Below, piece after piece: positions 25,601 through 39,629 of a stretch of 64,000 bases of DNA; the first letter of the stretch is position 1, and each line of letters starts with the position of its first letter. Where the stretch lies: contig JBHGNT010000057.1 of the NCBI GenBank assembly GCA_043228905.1, positions 101,292-165,291 of the forward strand, written 5' to 3'. This DNA comes from Azolla caroliniana (taxonomy: Eukaryota > Plantae > Polypodiophyta). The notes below the pieces were generated by a model. The model was not told the origin of the DNA. It searched no databases and was given only the letters and a program-made list of their open reading frames with translations. The position numbers and the translations under genes were made by a program.

Positions 25601-28600
25601 CAAATGTGGTAATTTCGTCATGTCTCTCGACCTGAGTTTCAAAATCTTGATTTTTTAATTCCATATCATAGCTAGCGTTGTTAGCTTCGATTCGCATGTT
25701 TGAACACAAAAATCCGATATCACACGAGCCAGGTATGAACATTTTAATTTACTCAAGGGCTCCTTTGAACTCCCTCCTCAAATGTGGTAATTTCGTCATG
25801 TCTCTCGACCTGAGTTTCAAAATCTTGATTTTTTAAATTCCATATCATAGCTAGCGTTGTTGGCTTCGATTCGCATGTTTGAATACAAAAATCCGATATC
25901 ACACGAGCCAGGTATGAACATTTTAATTTACTCAAGGGCTCCTTTGAACTCCCTCCTCAAATGTGGTAATTTCGTCATGTCTCTCGACCTGAGTTTCAAA
26001 ATCTTGATTTTTTAATTCCATATCATAGCTAGCGTTGTTAGCTTCGATTCGCATGTTTGAACACAAAAATCCGATATCACACGAGCCAGGTATGAACATT
26101 TTAATTTACTCAAGGGCTCCTTTGAACTCCCTCCTCAAATGTGGTAATTTCGTCATGTCTCTCGACCTGAGTTTCAAAATCTTGATTTTTTAATTCCATA
26201 TCATAGCTAGCGTTGTTAGCTTCGATTCGCATGTTTGAACACAAAAATCCGATATCACACGAGCCAGGTATGAACATTTTAATTTACTCAAGGCCTCCTC
26301 TCAACTCCCTGCTCAAATTTGGTAATTTCGTCATGTCTCTCGACCTGAGTTTCAAAATCTTGATTTTTTAAGTCCATATCATAGCTAGCGTTGTTAGCTT
26401 CGATTCGCATGTTTGAATACAAAAATCCGATATCACACGAGCCAGGTATGAACATTTTAATTTACTCAAGGGCTCCTTTGAACTCCCTCCTCAAATGTGG
26501 TAATTTCGTCATGTCTCTCGACCTGAGTTTCAAAATCTTGATTTTTTAAGTCCATATCATAGCTAGCGTTGTTAGCTTCGATTCGCATGTTTGAACACAA
26601 AAAACCGATATCACACTCGCCAGGTATGAACATTTTAATTTACTCAAGGGTTCCTCTCAACTCCCTCCTCAAATTTGGTAATTTCGTCATGTCTCTCGAC
26701 CGGAGTTTCAAAATCTTGATTTTTTAATTCCATATCATAGCTAGCGTTGTTAGCTTCGATTCGCATGTTTGAATACAAAAATCCGATATCACACGAGCCA
26801 GGTATGAACATTTTAATTTACTCAAGGGCTCCTTTGAACTCCCTCCTCAAATGTGGTAATTTCGTCATGTCTCTCGACCTGAGTTTCAAAATCTTGATTT
26901 TTTAAATTCCATATCATAGCTAGCGTTGTTGGCTTCGATTCGCATGTTTGAATACAAAAATCCGATATCACACGAGCCAGGTATGAACATTTTAATTTAC
27001 TCAAGGGCTCCTTTGAACTCCCTCCTCAAATTATGTAATTTCGTCATGTCTCTCGACCTGAGTTTCAAAATCTTAATTTTTTAATTCCAGATGATAGCTA
27101 GCGTTGTTCGCTTCGATTCGCTAGTTGGAACACAAAAATCCGATATCACACGAGCCAAGTATGAACATTTTAATTTACTCAAGGGCTCCTCTCAACTCCC
27201 TGCTCAAATTATGTAATTTCGTCATGTCTCTCGACCTGATTTTCAAAATCTTGATATTTTAATTGCATATGATAGCTAGCGTTGTTAGCTTCGATTCGCA
27301 TGTTTGAACACAAAAATCCGATATCACACTCGCCAGGTATGAACATTTTAATTTACTCAAGGGTTCCTCTCAACTCCCTCCTCAAATTTGGTAATTTCGT
27401 CATGTCTCTCGACTTGAGTTTTAAAATCTTGATTTTTTAATTCCATATCATAGCTAGCGTTGTTAGCTTCGATTCGCAAGTTTGAACACAAAAATCCGAT
27501 ATCACACGAGCCAGGTATGAACATATTTTAATTTACTCAAGGGCTCCTCTCAACTGAGTCCTCAAATTTGGTAATTTCGTCATGTCTCTCGACCTGAGTT
27601 TCAAAATCTTGATTTTTTAATTCCATATCATAGCTAGCGTTGTTAGCTTCGATTCGCAAGTTTGAACACAAAAATCCGATATCACACGAGCCAGGTATGA
27701 ACATTTTAATTTACCTACTAGCTCTTCTCAACTCATTCCTCAAATTTGGTAATTTCGTCATGTCTCTCGACCTGAGTTTCAAAATCTTGTTTTTTTAATT
27801 CCATATCATAGCTAGCATTGTTATCTTCGATTCGCATGTTTGAACACACAAATCCGATATCACACTCGCCAGGTATGAACATTTTAATTTACTCAAGAGC
27901 TCTTGTGAACTCCCTCCTCAAATGTGGTAATTTCGTCATGTCTCTCGACCTGAGTTTCAAAAGCTTGATTTTTTAATTCCATATCATAGCTAGCGTTGTT
28001 AGCTTCGATTCGCATGTTTGAATACAAAAATCCGATATCACACGAGCCAGGTATGAACATTTTAATTTACTCAAGGGCTCCTTTGAACTCCCTCCTCAAA
28101 TGTGGTAATTTCGTCATGTCTCTCGACCTGAGTTTCAAAATCTTGATTTTTTAAGTCCATATCATAGCTAGCGTTGTTAGCTTCGATTCGCATGTTTGAA
28201 CACAAAAATCCGATATCACACGAGCCAGGTATGAACATTTTAATTTACTCAAGGGTTCCTCTCAACTCCCTCCTCAAATTTGGTAATTTCGTCATGTCTC
28301 TCGACCTGAGTTTCAAAATCTTGATTTTTTAATTCCATATCATAGCTAGCGTTGTTAGCTTCGATTCGCATGTTTGAATACAAAAATCCGATATCACACG
28401 AGCCAGGTATGAACATTTTAATTTACTCAAGGGCTCCTTTGAAGTCCCTCCTCAACTGTGGTAATTTCGTCATGTCTCTCGACCTGAGTTTCAAAATCTT
28501 GATATTTTAATTCCATATCATAGCTAGCGTTGTTAGCTTCGATTCGCATGTTTGAACACAAAAATCCGATATCACACGAGCCAGGTATGAACATTTTAAT

Positions 28601-30000
28601 TTACCTACTAGCTCTTCTCAAGTCCCTCCTCAAATTATGTAATTTCGTCATGTCTCTCGACCTGAGCTTCAAAATCTTGATTTTTTAATTCCATATCATA
28701 GCTAGTGTTGTTAGCTTCGATTCGCAAGTTTGAACACAAAAATCCGATATCACACGAGCCAGGTATGAACACATTTTAATTTACTCAAGGGCTCCTCTCA
28801 ACCTCCCTGCTCAAATTTGGTAATTTCGTCATGTCTCTCGACCTGAGTTTCAAAATCTTGATTTTTTAAGTCCATATCATAGCTAGCGTTGTTAGCTTCG
28901 ATTCGCATGTTTGAATACAAAAATCCGATATCACACGAGCCAGGTATGAACATTTTAATTTACTCAAGGGCTCCTTTGAACTCCCTCCTCAAATGTGGTA
29001 ATTTCGTCATGTCTCTCGACCTGAGTTTCAAAATCTTGATTTTTTAAATTCCATATCATAGCTAGCGTTGTTGGCTTCGATTCGCATGTTTGAATACAAA
29101 AATCCGATATCACACGAGCCAGGTATGAACATTTTAATTTACTCAAGGGCTCCTTTGAACTCCCTCCTCAAATGTGGTAATTTCGTCATGTCTCTCGACC
29201 TGAGTTTCAAAATCTTGATTTTTTAATTCCATATCATAGCTAGCGTTGTTAGCTTCGATTCGCATGTTTGAACACAAAAATCCGATATCACACGAGCCAG
29301 GTATGAACATTTTAATTTACTCAAGGGCTCCTTTGAACTCCCTCCTCAAATGTGGTAATTTCGTCATGTCTCTCGACCTGAGTTTCAAAATCTTGATTTT
29401 TTAATTCCATATCATAGCTAGCGTTGTTAGCTTCGATTCGCATGTTTGAACACAAAAATCCGATATCACACGAGCCAGGTATGAACATTTTAATTTACTC
29501 AAGGCCTCCTCTCAACTCCCTGCTCAAATTTGGTAATTTCGTCATGTCTCTCGACCTGAGTTTCAAAATCTTGATTTTTTAAGTCCATATCATAGCTAGC
29601 GTTGTTAGCTTCGATTCGCATGTTTGAATACAAAAATCCGATATCACACGAGCCAGGTATGAACATTTTAATTTACTCAAGGGCTCCTTTGAACTCCCTC
29701 CTCAAATGTGGTAATTTCGTCATGTCTCTCGACCTGAGTTTCAAAATCTTGATTTTTTAAGTCCATATCATAGCTAGCGTTGTTAGCTTCGATTCGCATG
29801 TTTGAACACAAAAAACCGATATCACACTCGCCAGGTATGAACATTTTAATTTACTCAAGGGTTCCTCTCAACTCCCTCCTCAAATTTGGTAATTTCGTCA
29901 TGTCTCTCGACCTGAGTTTCAAAATCTTGATTTTTTAATTCCATATCATAGCTAGCGTTGTTAGCTTCGATTCGCATGTTTGAATACAAAAATCCGATAT
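19700..30000. repeat. Three-copy HOR with variable period (17, 20 and 18 monomers); boundaries approximate
   Basis: Private variants GACCGGAG (20101, 23134, 26702) and GTTCGC (20508, 23541, 27109) are spaced 3033 and 3568 bp. Marker ORFs 26822 and 30033 are spaced 3211 bp. Confidence 0.85.
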
Positions 30001-33000
30001 CACACGAGCCAGGTATGAACATTTTAATTTACTCAAGGGCTCCTTTGAACTCCCTCCTCAAATGTGGTAATTTCGTCATGTCTCTCGACCTGAGTTTCAA
30101 AATCTTGATTTTTTAAATTCCATATCATAGCTAGCGTTGTTGGCTTCGATTCGCATGTTTGAATACAAAAATCCGATATCACACGAGCCAGGTATGAACA
30201 TTTTAATTTACTCAAGGGCTCCTTTGAACTCCCTCCTCAAATTATGTAATTTCGTCATGTCTCTCGACCTGAGTTTCAAAATCTTAATTTTTTAATTCCA
30301 GATGATAGCTAGCGTTGTTAGCTTCGATTCGCTAGTTGGAACACAAAAATCCGATATCACACGAGCCAAGTATGAACATTTTAATTTACTCAAGGGCTCC
30401 TCTCAACTCCCTGCTCAAATTATGTAATTTCGTCATGTCTCTCGACCTGATTTTCAAAATCTTGATATTTTAATTGCATATGATAGCTAGCGTTGTTAGC
30501 TTCGATTCGCATGTTTGAACACAAAAATCCGATATCACACTCGCCAGGTATGAACATTTTAATTTACTCAAGGGTTCCTCTCAACTCCCTCCTCAAATTT
30601 GGTAATTTCGTCATGTCTCTCGACTTGAGTTTTAAAATCTTGATTTTTTAATTCCATATCATAGCTAGCGTTGTTAGCTTCGATTCGCAAGTTTGAACAC
30701 AAAAATCCGATATCACACGAGCCAGGTATGAACATTTTAATTTACCTACTAGCTCTTCTCAACTCATTCCTCAAATTTGGTAATTTCGTCATGTCTCTCG
30801 ACCTGAGTTTCAAAATCTTGTTTTTTTAATTCCATATCATAGCTAGCATTGTTATCTTCGATTCGCATGTTTGAACACACAAATCCGATATCACACTCGC
30901 CAGGTATGAACATTTTAATTTACTCAAGAGCTCTTGTGAACTCCCTCCTCAAATGTGGTAATTTCGTCATGTCTCTCGACCTGAGTTTCAAAAGCTTGAT
31001 TTTTTAATTCCATATCATAGCTAGCGTTGTTAGCTTCGATTCGCATGTTTGAATACAAAAATCCGATATCACACGAGCCAGGTATGAACATTTTAATTTA
31101 CTCAAGGGCTCCTTTGAACTCCCTCCTCAAATGTGGTAATTTCGTCATGTCTCTCGACCTGAGTTTCAAAATCTTGATTTTTTAAGTCCATATCATAGCT
31201 AGCGTTGTTAGCTTCGATTCGCATGTTTGAATACAAAAATCCGATATCACACGAGCCAGGTATGAACATTTTAATTTACTCAAGGGCTCCTTTGAACTCC
31301 CTCCTCAAATGTGGTAATTTCGTCATGTCTCTCGACCTGAGTTTCAAAATCTTGATTTTTTAAATTCCATATCATAGCTAGCGTTGTTGGCTTCGATTCG
31401 CATGTTTGAATACAAAAATCCGATATCACACGAGCCAGGTATGAACATTTTAATTTACTCAAGGGCTCCTTTGAACTCCCTCCTCAAATTATGTAATTTC
31501 GTCATGTCTCTCGACCTGAGTTTCAAAATCTTAATTTTTTAATTCCAGATGATAGCTAGCGTTGTTAGCTTCGATTCGCTAGTTGGAACACAAAAATCCG
31601 ATATCAGCCAAGTATGAACATTTTAATTTACTCAAGGGCTCCTCTCAACTCCCTGCTCAAATTATGTAATTTCGTCATGTCTCTCGACCTGAGTTTCAAA
31701 ATCTTGATATTTTAATTGCATATGATAGCTAGCGTTGTTAGCTTCGATTCGCATGTTTGAACACAAAAATCCGATATCACACTCGCCAGGTATGAACATT
31801 TTAATTTACTCAAGGGTTCCTCTCAACTCCCTCCTCAAATTTGGTAATTTCGTCATGTCTCTCGACTTGAGTTTTAAAATCTTGATTTTTTAATTCCATA
31901 TCATAGCTAGCGTTGTTAGCTTCGATTCGCAAGTTTGAACACAAAAATCCGATATCACACGAGCCAGGTATGAACATTTTAATTTACCTACTAGCTCTTC
32001 TCAACTCATTCCTCAAATTTGGTAATTTCGTCATGTCTCTCGACCTGAGTTTCAAAATCTTGTTTTTTTAATTCCATATCATAGCTAGCATTGTTATCTT
32101 CGATTCGCATGTTTGAACACACAAATCCGATATCACACTCGCCAGGTATGAACATTTTAATTTACTCAAGAGCTCTTGTGAACTCCCTCCTCAAATGTGG
32201 TAATTTCGTCATGTCTCTCGACCTGAGTTTCAAAAGCTTGATTTTTTAATTCCATATCATAGCTAGCGTTCTTAGCTTCGATTCGCATGTTTGAATACAA
32301 AAATCCGATATCACACGAGCCAGGTATGAACATTTTAATTTACTGAAGGGCTCCTTTGAACTCCCTCCTCAAATGTGGTAATTTCGTCATGTCTCTCGAC
32401 CTGAGTTTCAAAATCTTGATTTTTTAAGTCCATATCATAGCTAGCGTTGTTAGCTTCGATTCGCATGTTTGAACACAAAAATCCGATATCACACGAGCCA
32501 GGTATGAACATTTTAATTTACTCAAGGGTTCCTCTCAACTCCCTCCTCAAATTTGGTAATTTCGTCATGTCTCTCGACCTGAGTTTCAAAATCTTGATTT
32601 TTTAATTCCATATCATAGCTAGCGTTGTTAGCTTCGATTCGCATGTTTGAATACAAAAATCCGATATCACACGAGCCAGGTATGAACATTTTAATTTACT
32701 CAAGGGCTCCTTTGAACTCCCTCCTCAAATGTGGTAATTTCGTCATGTCTCTCGACCTGAGTTTCAAAATCTTGATTTTTTAATTCCATATCATAGCTAG
32801 CGTTGTTAGCTTCGATTCGCATGTTTGAACACAAAAAACCGATATCACACTCGCCAGGTATGAACATTTTAATTTACTCAAGGGTTCCTCTCAACTCCCT
32901 CCTCAAATTTGGTAATTTCGTCATGTCTCTCGACCTGAGTTTCAAAATCTTGATTTTTTAATTCCATATCATAGCTAGCGTTGTTAGCTTCGATTCGCAT

Positions 33001-33861
33001 GTTTGAATACAAAAATCCGATATCACACGAGCCAGGTATGAACATTTTAATTTACTCAAGGGCTCCTTTGAACTCCCTCCTCAAATGTGGTAATTTCGTC
33101 ATGTCTCTCGACCTGAGTTTCAAAATCTTGATTTTTTAAGTCCATATCATAGCTAGCGTTGTTAGCTTCGATTCGCATGTTTGAACACAAAAAACCGATA
33201 TCACACTCGCCAGGTATGAACATTTTAATTTACTGAAGGGTTCCTCTCAACTCCCTCCTCAAATTTGGTAATTTCGTCATGTCTCTCGACCTGAGTTTCA
33301 AAATCTTGATTTTTTAATTCCATATCATAGCTAGCGTTGTTAGCTTCGATTCGCATGTTTGAATACAAAAATCCGATATCACACGAGCCAGGTATGAACA
33401 TTTTAATTTACTCAAGGGCTCCTTTGAACTCCCTCCTCAAATGTGGTAATTTCGTCATGTCTCTCGACCTGAGTTTCAAAATCTTGATTTTTTAAATTCC
33501 ATATCATAGCTAGCGTTGTTGGCTTCGATTCGCATGTTTGAATACAAAAATCCGATATCACACGAGCCAGGTATGAACATTTTAATTTACTCAAGGGCTC
33601 CTTTGAACTCCCTCCTCAAATTATGTAATTTCGTCATGTCTCTCGACCTGAGTTTCAAAATCTTAATTTTTTAATTCCAGATGATAGCTAGCGTTGTTAG
33701 CTTCGATTCGCTAGTTGGAACACAAAAATCCGATATCACACGAGCCAGGTATGAACATTTTAATTTACCTACTAGCTCTTCTCAACTCATTCCTCAAATT
33801 TGGTAATTTCGTCATGTCTCTCGACTTGAGTTTAAAAATCTTGATTTTTTAATTCCATATG

Positions 33862-36800
33862 ATAGCTAGCGTTGTTAGGTTCGATTCGCATGTTTGAACA
33901 CAAAAATCCGATATCACACGAGCCAGGTATGAACATTTTAATTTACTCAAGGGCTCCTTTGAACTCCCTCCTCAAATGTGGTAATTTCGTCATGTCTTTC
34001 GACCTGAGTTTCAAAATCTTGATTTTTTAAGTCCATATCATAGCTAGCGTTGTTAGCTTCGATTCGCATGTTTGAACACAAAAATCCGATATCACACGAG
34101 CCAGGTATGAACATTTTAATTTACTCAAGGGCTCCTCTCAACTACCTGCTCAAATTTGGTAATTTCGTCATGTCTCTCGACCTGAGTTTCAAAATCTTGA
34201 TTTTTTAAATTCCATATCATAGCTAGCGTTGTTAGCTTCGATTCGCATGTTTGAACACAAAAATCCGATATCACACGAGCCAGGTATGAACATTTTAATT
34301 TACTCAAGGGTTCCTCTTAACTCCCTCCTCAAATTTGGTAATTTCGTCATGTCTCTCGACCTGAGTTTCAAAATCTTGATTTTATAATTCCATATCATAG
34401 CTAGCGTTGTTAGCTTCGATTCGCATGTTTGAACACAAAAAACCGATGTCACACTTGCCAGGTATGAACATTTTAATTTACTCAAGGGTTCCTCTCAACT
34501 CCCTCCTCAAATTTGGTAATTTCGTCATGTCTCTCGACCTGAGTTTCAAAATATTGATTTTTTAATTCCATATCATAGCTAGCGTTGTTAGCTTCGATTC
34601 GCAAGTTTGAACACAAAAATCCGATATCACACGAGCCAGGTATGAACATATTTTAATTTACTCAAGGGCTCCTCTCAACTTAGTCCTCAAATTTGGTAAT
34701 TTCGTCATGTCTCTCGACCTGAGTTTCAAAATCTTGATTTTTTAATTCCATATCATAGCTAGCGTTGTTAGCTTCGATTCGCATGTTTGAATACAAAAAT
34801 CCGATATCACACGAGCCAGGTATGAACATTTTAATTTACTCAAGGGTTCCTCTCAACTCCCTCCTCAAATCTGGTAATTTCGTCATGTCTCTCGACCTGA
34901 GTTTGAAAATCTTGATTTTATAATTCCATATCATAGCTAGCGTTGTTAGCTTCGATTCGCATGTTTGAACACAAAAAACCGATATCACACGAGCCAGGTA
35001 TGAACATTTTAATTTACTCAAGGGTTCCTCTCAACTCCCTCCTCAAATTTGGTAATTTCGTCATGTCTCTCGACCTGAGTTTCAAAATCTTGATTTTTAA
35101 ATTCCATATCATAGCTAGCGTTGTTAGCTTCGATTCGCATGTTTGAATACAAAAATCCGATATCACACGAGCCAGGTATGAACATTTTAATTTACTCAAG
35201 GGATCCTTTGAACTCATTCCTCAAATTTGGTAATTTCGTCATGTCTCTCGACCTGAGTTTCAAAATCTTGATTTTTTAATTCCATATCATAGCTAGCATT
35301 GTTATCTTCGATTCGCATGTTTGAACACAAAAATCCGATATCACACGAGCCAGGTATGAACATTTTAATTTACTCAAGAGCTCTTGTGAACTCCCTCCTC
35401 AAATGTGGTAATTTCGTCATGTCTCTCGACCTGAGTTTCAAAAGCTTGATTTTTTAATTCCATATCATAGCTAGCGTTGTTAGCTTCGATTCGCATGTTT
35501 GAACAGAAAAATCCGATATCACACTCGCCAGGTATGAACATTTTAATTTACCTACTAGCTCTTCTCAACTCATTCCTCAAATTTGGTAATTTCGTCATGT
35601 CTCTCGAGCTGAGTTTTAAAATCTTGATTTTTTAATTCCATATGATAGCTAGCGTTGTTAGCTTCGATTCGCAAGTTTGAACACAAAAATCCGATATCAC
35701 ACGAGCCAGGTATGAACATTTTAATTTACTCAAGGGCTCCTTTGAAGTCCCTCCTCAACTGTGGTAATTTCGTCATGGCTCTCGACCTGAGTTTTAAAAT
35801 CTTGATTTTTTAATTCCATATCATAGCTAGCGTTGTTAGCTTCGATTCGCATGTTTGAACACAAAAATCCGATATCACACGAGCCAGGTATGAACATTTT
35901 AATTTACTCAAGGGTTCCTCTTAACTCCCTCCTCAAATTTGGTAATTTCGTCATGTCTCTCGACCTGAGTTTCAAAATCTTGATTTTATAATTCCATATC
36001 ATAGCTAGCGTTGTTAGCTTCGATTCGCATGTTTGAACACAAAAAACCGATGTCACACTTGCCAGGTATGAACATTTTAATTTACTCAAGGGTTCCTCTC
36101 AACTCCCTCCTCAAATTTGGTAATTTCGTCATGTCTCTCGACCTGAGTTTCAAAATATTGATTTTTTAATTCCATATCATAGCTAGCGTTGTTAGCTTCG
36201 ATTCGCAAGTTTGAACACAAAAATCCGATATCACACGAGCCAGGTATGAACATATTTTAATTTACTCAAGGGCTCCTCTCAACTTAGTCCTCAAATTTGG
36301 TAATTTCGTCATGTCTCTCGACCTGAGTTTCAAAATCTTGATTTTTTAATTCCATATCATAGCTAGCGTTGTTAGCTTCGATTCGCATGTTTGAATACAA
36401 AAATCCGATATCACACGAGCCAGGTATGAACATTTTAATTTACTCAAGGGTTCCTCTCAACTCCCTCCTCAAATCTGGTAATTTCGTCATGTCTCTCGAC
36501 CTGAGTTTCAAAATCTTGATTTTATAATTCCATATCATAGCTAGCGTTGTTAGCTTCGATTCGCATGTTTGAACACAAAAAACCGATATCACACGAGCCA
36601 GGTATGAACATTTTAATTTACTCAAGGGTTCCTCTCAACTCCCTCCTCAAATTTGGTAATTTCGTCATGTCTCTCGACCTGAGTTTCAAAATCTTGATTT
36701 TTAAATTCCATATCATAGCTAGCGTTGTTAGCTTCGATTCGCATGTTTGAATACAAAAATCCGATATCACACGAGCCAGGTATGAACATTTTAATTTACT

Positions 36801-39629
36801 CAAGGGATCCTTTGAACTCATTCCTCAAATTTGGTAATTTCGTCATGTCTCTCGACCTGAGTTTCAAAATCTTGATTTTTTAATTCCATATCATAGCTAG
36901 CATTGTTATCTTCGATTCGCATGTTTGAACACAAAAATCCGATATCACACGAGCCAGGTATGAACATTTTAATTTACTCAAGAGCTCTTGTGAACTCCCT
37001 CCTCAAATGTGGTAATTTCGTCATGTCTCTCGACCTGAGTTTCAAAAGCTTGATTTTTTAATTCCATATCATAGCTAGCGTTGTTAGCTTCGATTCGCAT
37101 GTTTGAACAGAAAAATCCGATATCACACTCGCCAGGTATGAACATTTTAATTTACCTACTAGCTCTTCTCAACTCATTCCTCAAATTTGGTAATTTCGTC
37201 ATGTCTCTCGACTTGAGTTTAAAAATCTTGATTTTTTAATTCCATATGATAGCTAGCGTTGTTAGCTTCGATTCGCATGTTTGAACACAAAAATCCGATA
37301 TCACACGAGCCAGGTATGAACATTTTAATTTACTCAAGGGCTCCTCTCAACTTAGTGCTCAAATTTGGTAATTTCGTCATGTCTCTCGACCTGAGTTTCA
37401 AAATCTTGATTTTTTAAGTCCATATCATAGCTAGCGTTGTTAGCTTCGATTCGCATGTTTGAACACAAAAAACCGATATCACACGAGCCAGGTATGAACA
37501 TTTTAATTTACTCAAGGGTTCCTCTCAACTCCCTCCTCAAATTTGGTAATTTCGTCATGTCTCTCGACCTGAGTTTCAAAATCTTGATTTTTTAATTCCA
37601 TATCATAGCTAGCGTTGTTAGGTTCGATTCGCATGTTTGAACACAAAAATCCGATATCACACGAGCCAGGTATGAACATTTTAATTTACTCAAGGGCTCC
37701 TTTGAACTCCCTCCTCAAATGTGGTAATTTCGTCATGTCTTTCGACCTGAGTTTCAAAATCTTGATTTTTTAAGTCCATATCATAGCTAGCGTTGTTAGC
37801 TTCGATTCGCATGTTTGAACACAAAAATCCGATATCACACGAGCCAGGTATGAACATTTTAATTTACTCAAGGGCTCCTCTCAACTACCTGCTCAAATTT
37901 GGTAATTTCGTCATGTCTCTCGACCTGAGTTTCAAAATCTTGATTTTTTAAATTCCATATCATAGCTAGCGTTGTTAGCTTCGATTCGCATGTTTGAACA
38001 CAAAAATCCGATATCACACGAGCCAGGTATGAACATTTTAATTTACTCAAGGGTTCCTCTTAACTCCCTCCTCAAATTTGGTAATTTCGTCATGTCTCTC
38101 GACCTGAGTTTCAAAATCTTGATTTTATAATTCCATATCATAGCTAGCGTTGTTAGCTTCGATTCGCATGTTTGAACACAAAAAACCGATGTCACACTTG
38201 CCAGGTATGAACATTTTAATTTACTCAAGGGTTCCTCTCAACTCCCTCCTCAAATTTGGTAATTTCGTCATGTCTCTCGACCTGAGTTTCAAAATATTGA
38301 TTTTTTAATTCCATATCATAGCTAGCGTTGTTAGCTTCGATTCGCAAGTTTGAACACAAAAATCCGATATCACACGAGCCAGGTATGAACATATTTTAAT
38401 TTACTCAAGGGCTCCTCTCAACTTAGTCCTCAAATTTGGTAATTTCGTCATGTCTCTCGACCTGAGTTTCAAAATCTTGATTTTTTAATTCCATATCATA
38501 GCTAGCGTTGTTAGCTTCGATTCGCATGTTTGAATACAAAAATCCGATATCACACGAGCCAGGTATGAACATTTTAATTTACTCAAGGGTTCCTCTCAAC
38601 TCCCTCCTCAAATCTGGTAATTTCGTCATGTCTCTCGACCTGAGTTTCAAAATCTTGATTTTATAATTCCATATCATAGCTAGCGTTGTTAGCTTCGATT
38701 CGCATGTTTGAACACAAAAAACCGATATCACACGAGCCAGGTATGAACATTTTAATTTACTCAAGGGTTCCTCTCAACTCCCTCCTCAAATTTGGTAATT
38801 TCGTCATGTCTCTCGACCTGAGTTTCAAAATCTTGATTTTTAAATTCCATATCATAGCTAGCGTTGTTAGCTTCGATTCGCATGTTTGAATACAAAAATC
38901 CGATATCACACGAGCCAGGTATGAACATTTTAATTTACTCAAGGGATCCTTTGAACTCATTCCTCAAATTTGGTAATTTCGTCATGTCTCTCGACCTGAG
39001 TTTCAAAATCTTGATTTTTTAATTCCATATCATAGCTAGCATTGTTATCTTCGATTCGCATGTTTGAACACAAAAATCCGATATCACACGAGCCAGGTAT
39101 GAACATTTTAATTTACTCAAGAGCTCTTGTGAACTCCCTCCTCAAATGTGGTAATTTCGTCATGTCTCTCGACCTGAGTTTCAAAAGCTTGATTTTTTAA
39201 TTCCATATCATAGCTAGCGTTGTTAGCTTCGATTCGCATGTTTGAACAGAAAAATCCGATATCACACTCGCCAGGTATGAACATTTTAATTTACCTACTA
39301 GCTCTTCTCAACTCATTCCTCAAATTTGGTAATTTCGTCATGTCTCTCGAGCTGAGTTTTAAAATCTTGATTTTTTAATTCCATATGATAGCTAGCGTTG
39401 TTAGCTTCGATTCGCAAGTTTGAACACAAAAATCCGATATCACACGAGCCAGGTATGAACATTTTAATTTACTCAAGGGCTCCTTTGAAGTCCCTCCTCA
39501 ACTGTGGTAATTTCGTCATGGCTCTCGACCTGAGTTTTAAAATCTTGATTTTTTAATTCCATATCATAGCTAGCGTTGTTAGCTTCGATTCGCATGTTTG
39601 AACACAAAAATCCGATATCACACGAGCCA
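33862..39629. repeat. Three-copy HOR with 9- and 12-monomer spacing (21-monomer super-period, 3743 bp); boundaries approximate
   Basis: Marker ORFs 34300, 35904 and 38043 are spaced 1604 and 2139 bp. Private variants TTAGGTTCG (33879/37622) and CATGGCTC (35778/39521) are both 3743 bp apart. Confidence 0.85.

Noticed and set aside
34943-38889. Three plus-strand 67-aa ORFs (MLASIRMFEHKK...)
   Set aside because: They result from the same TTTTTAAA variant and overlap the antisense artefact ORFs. There is no coding evidence.
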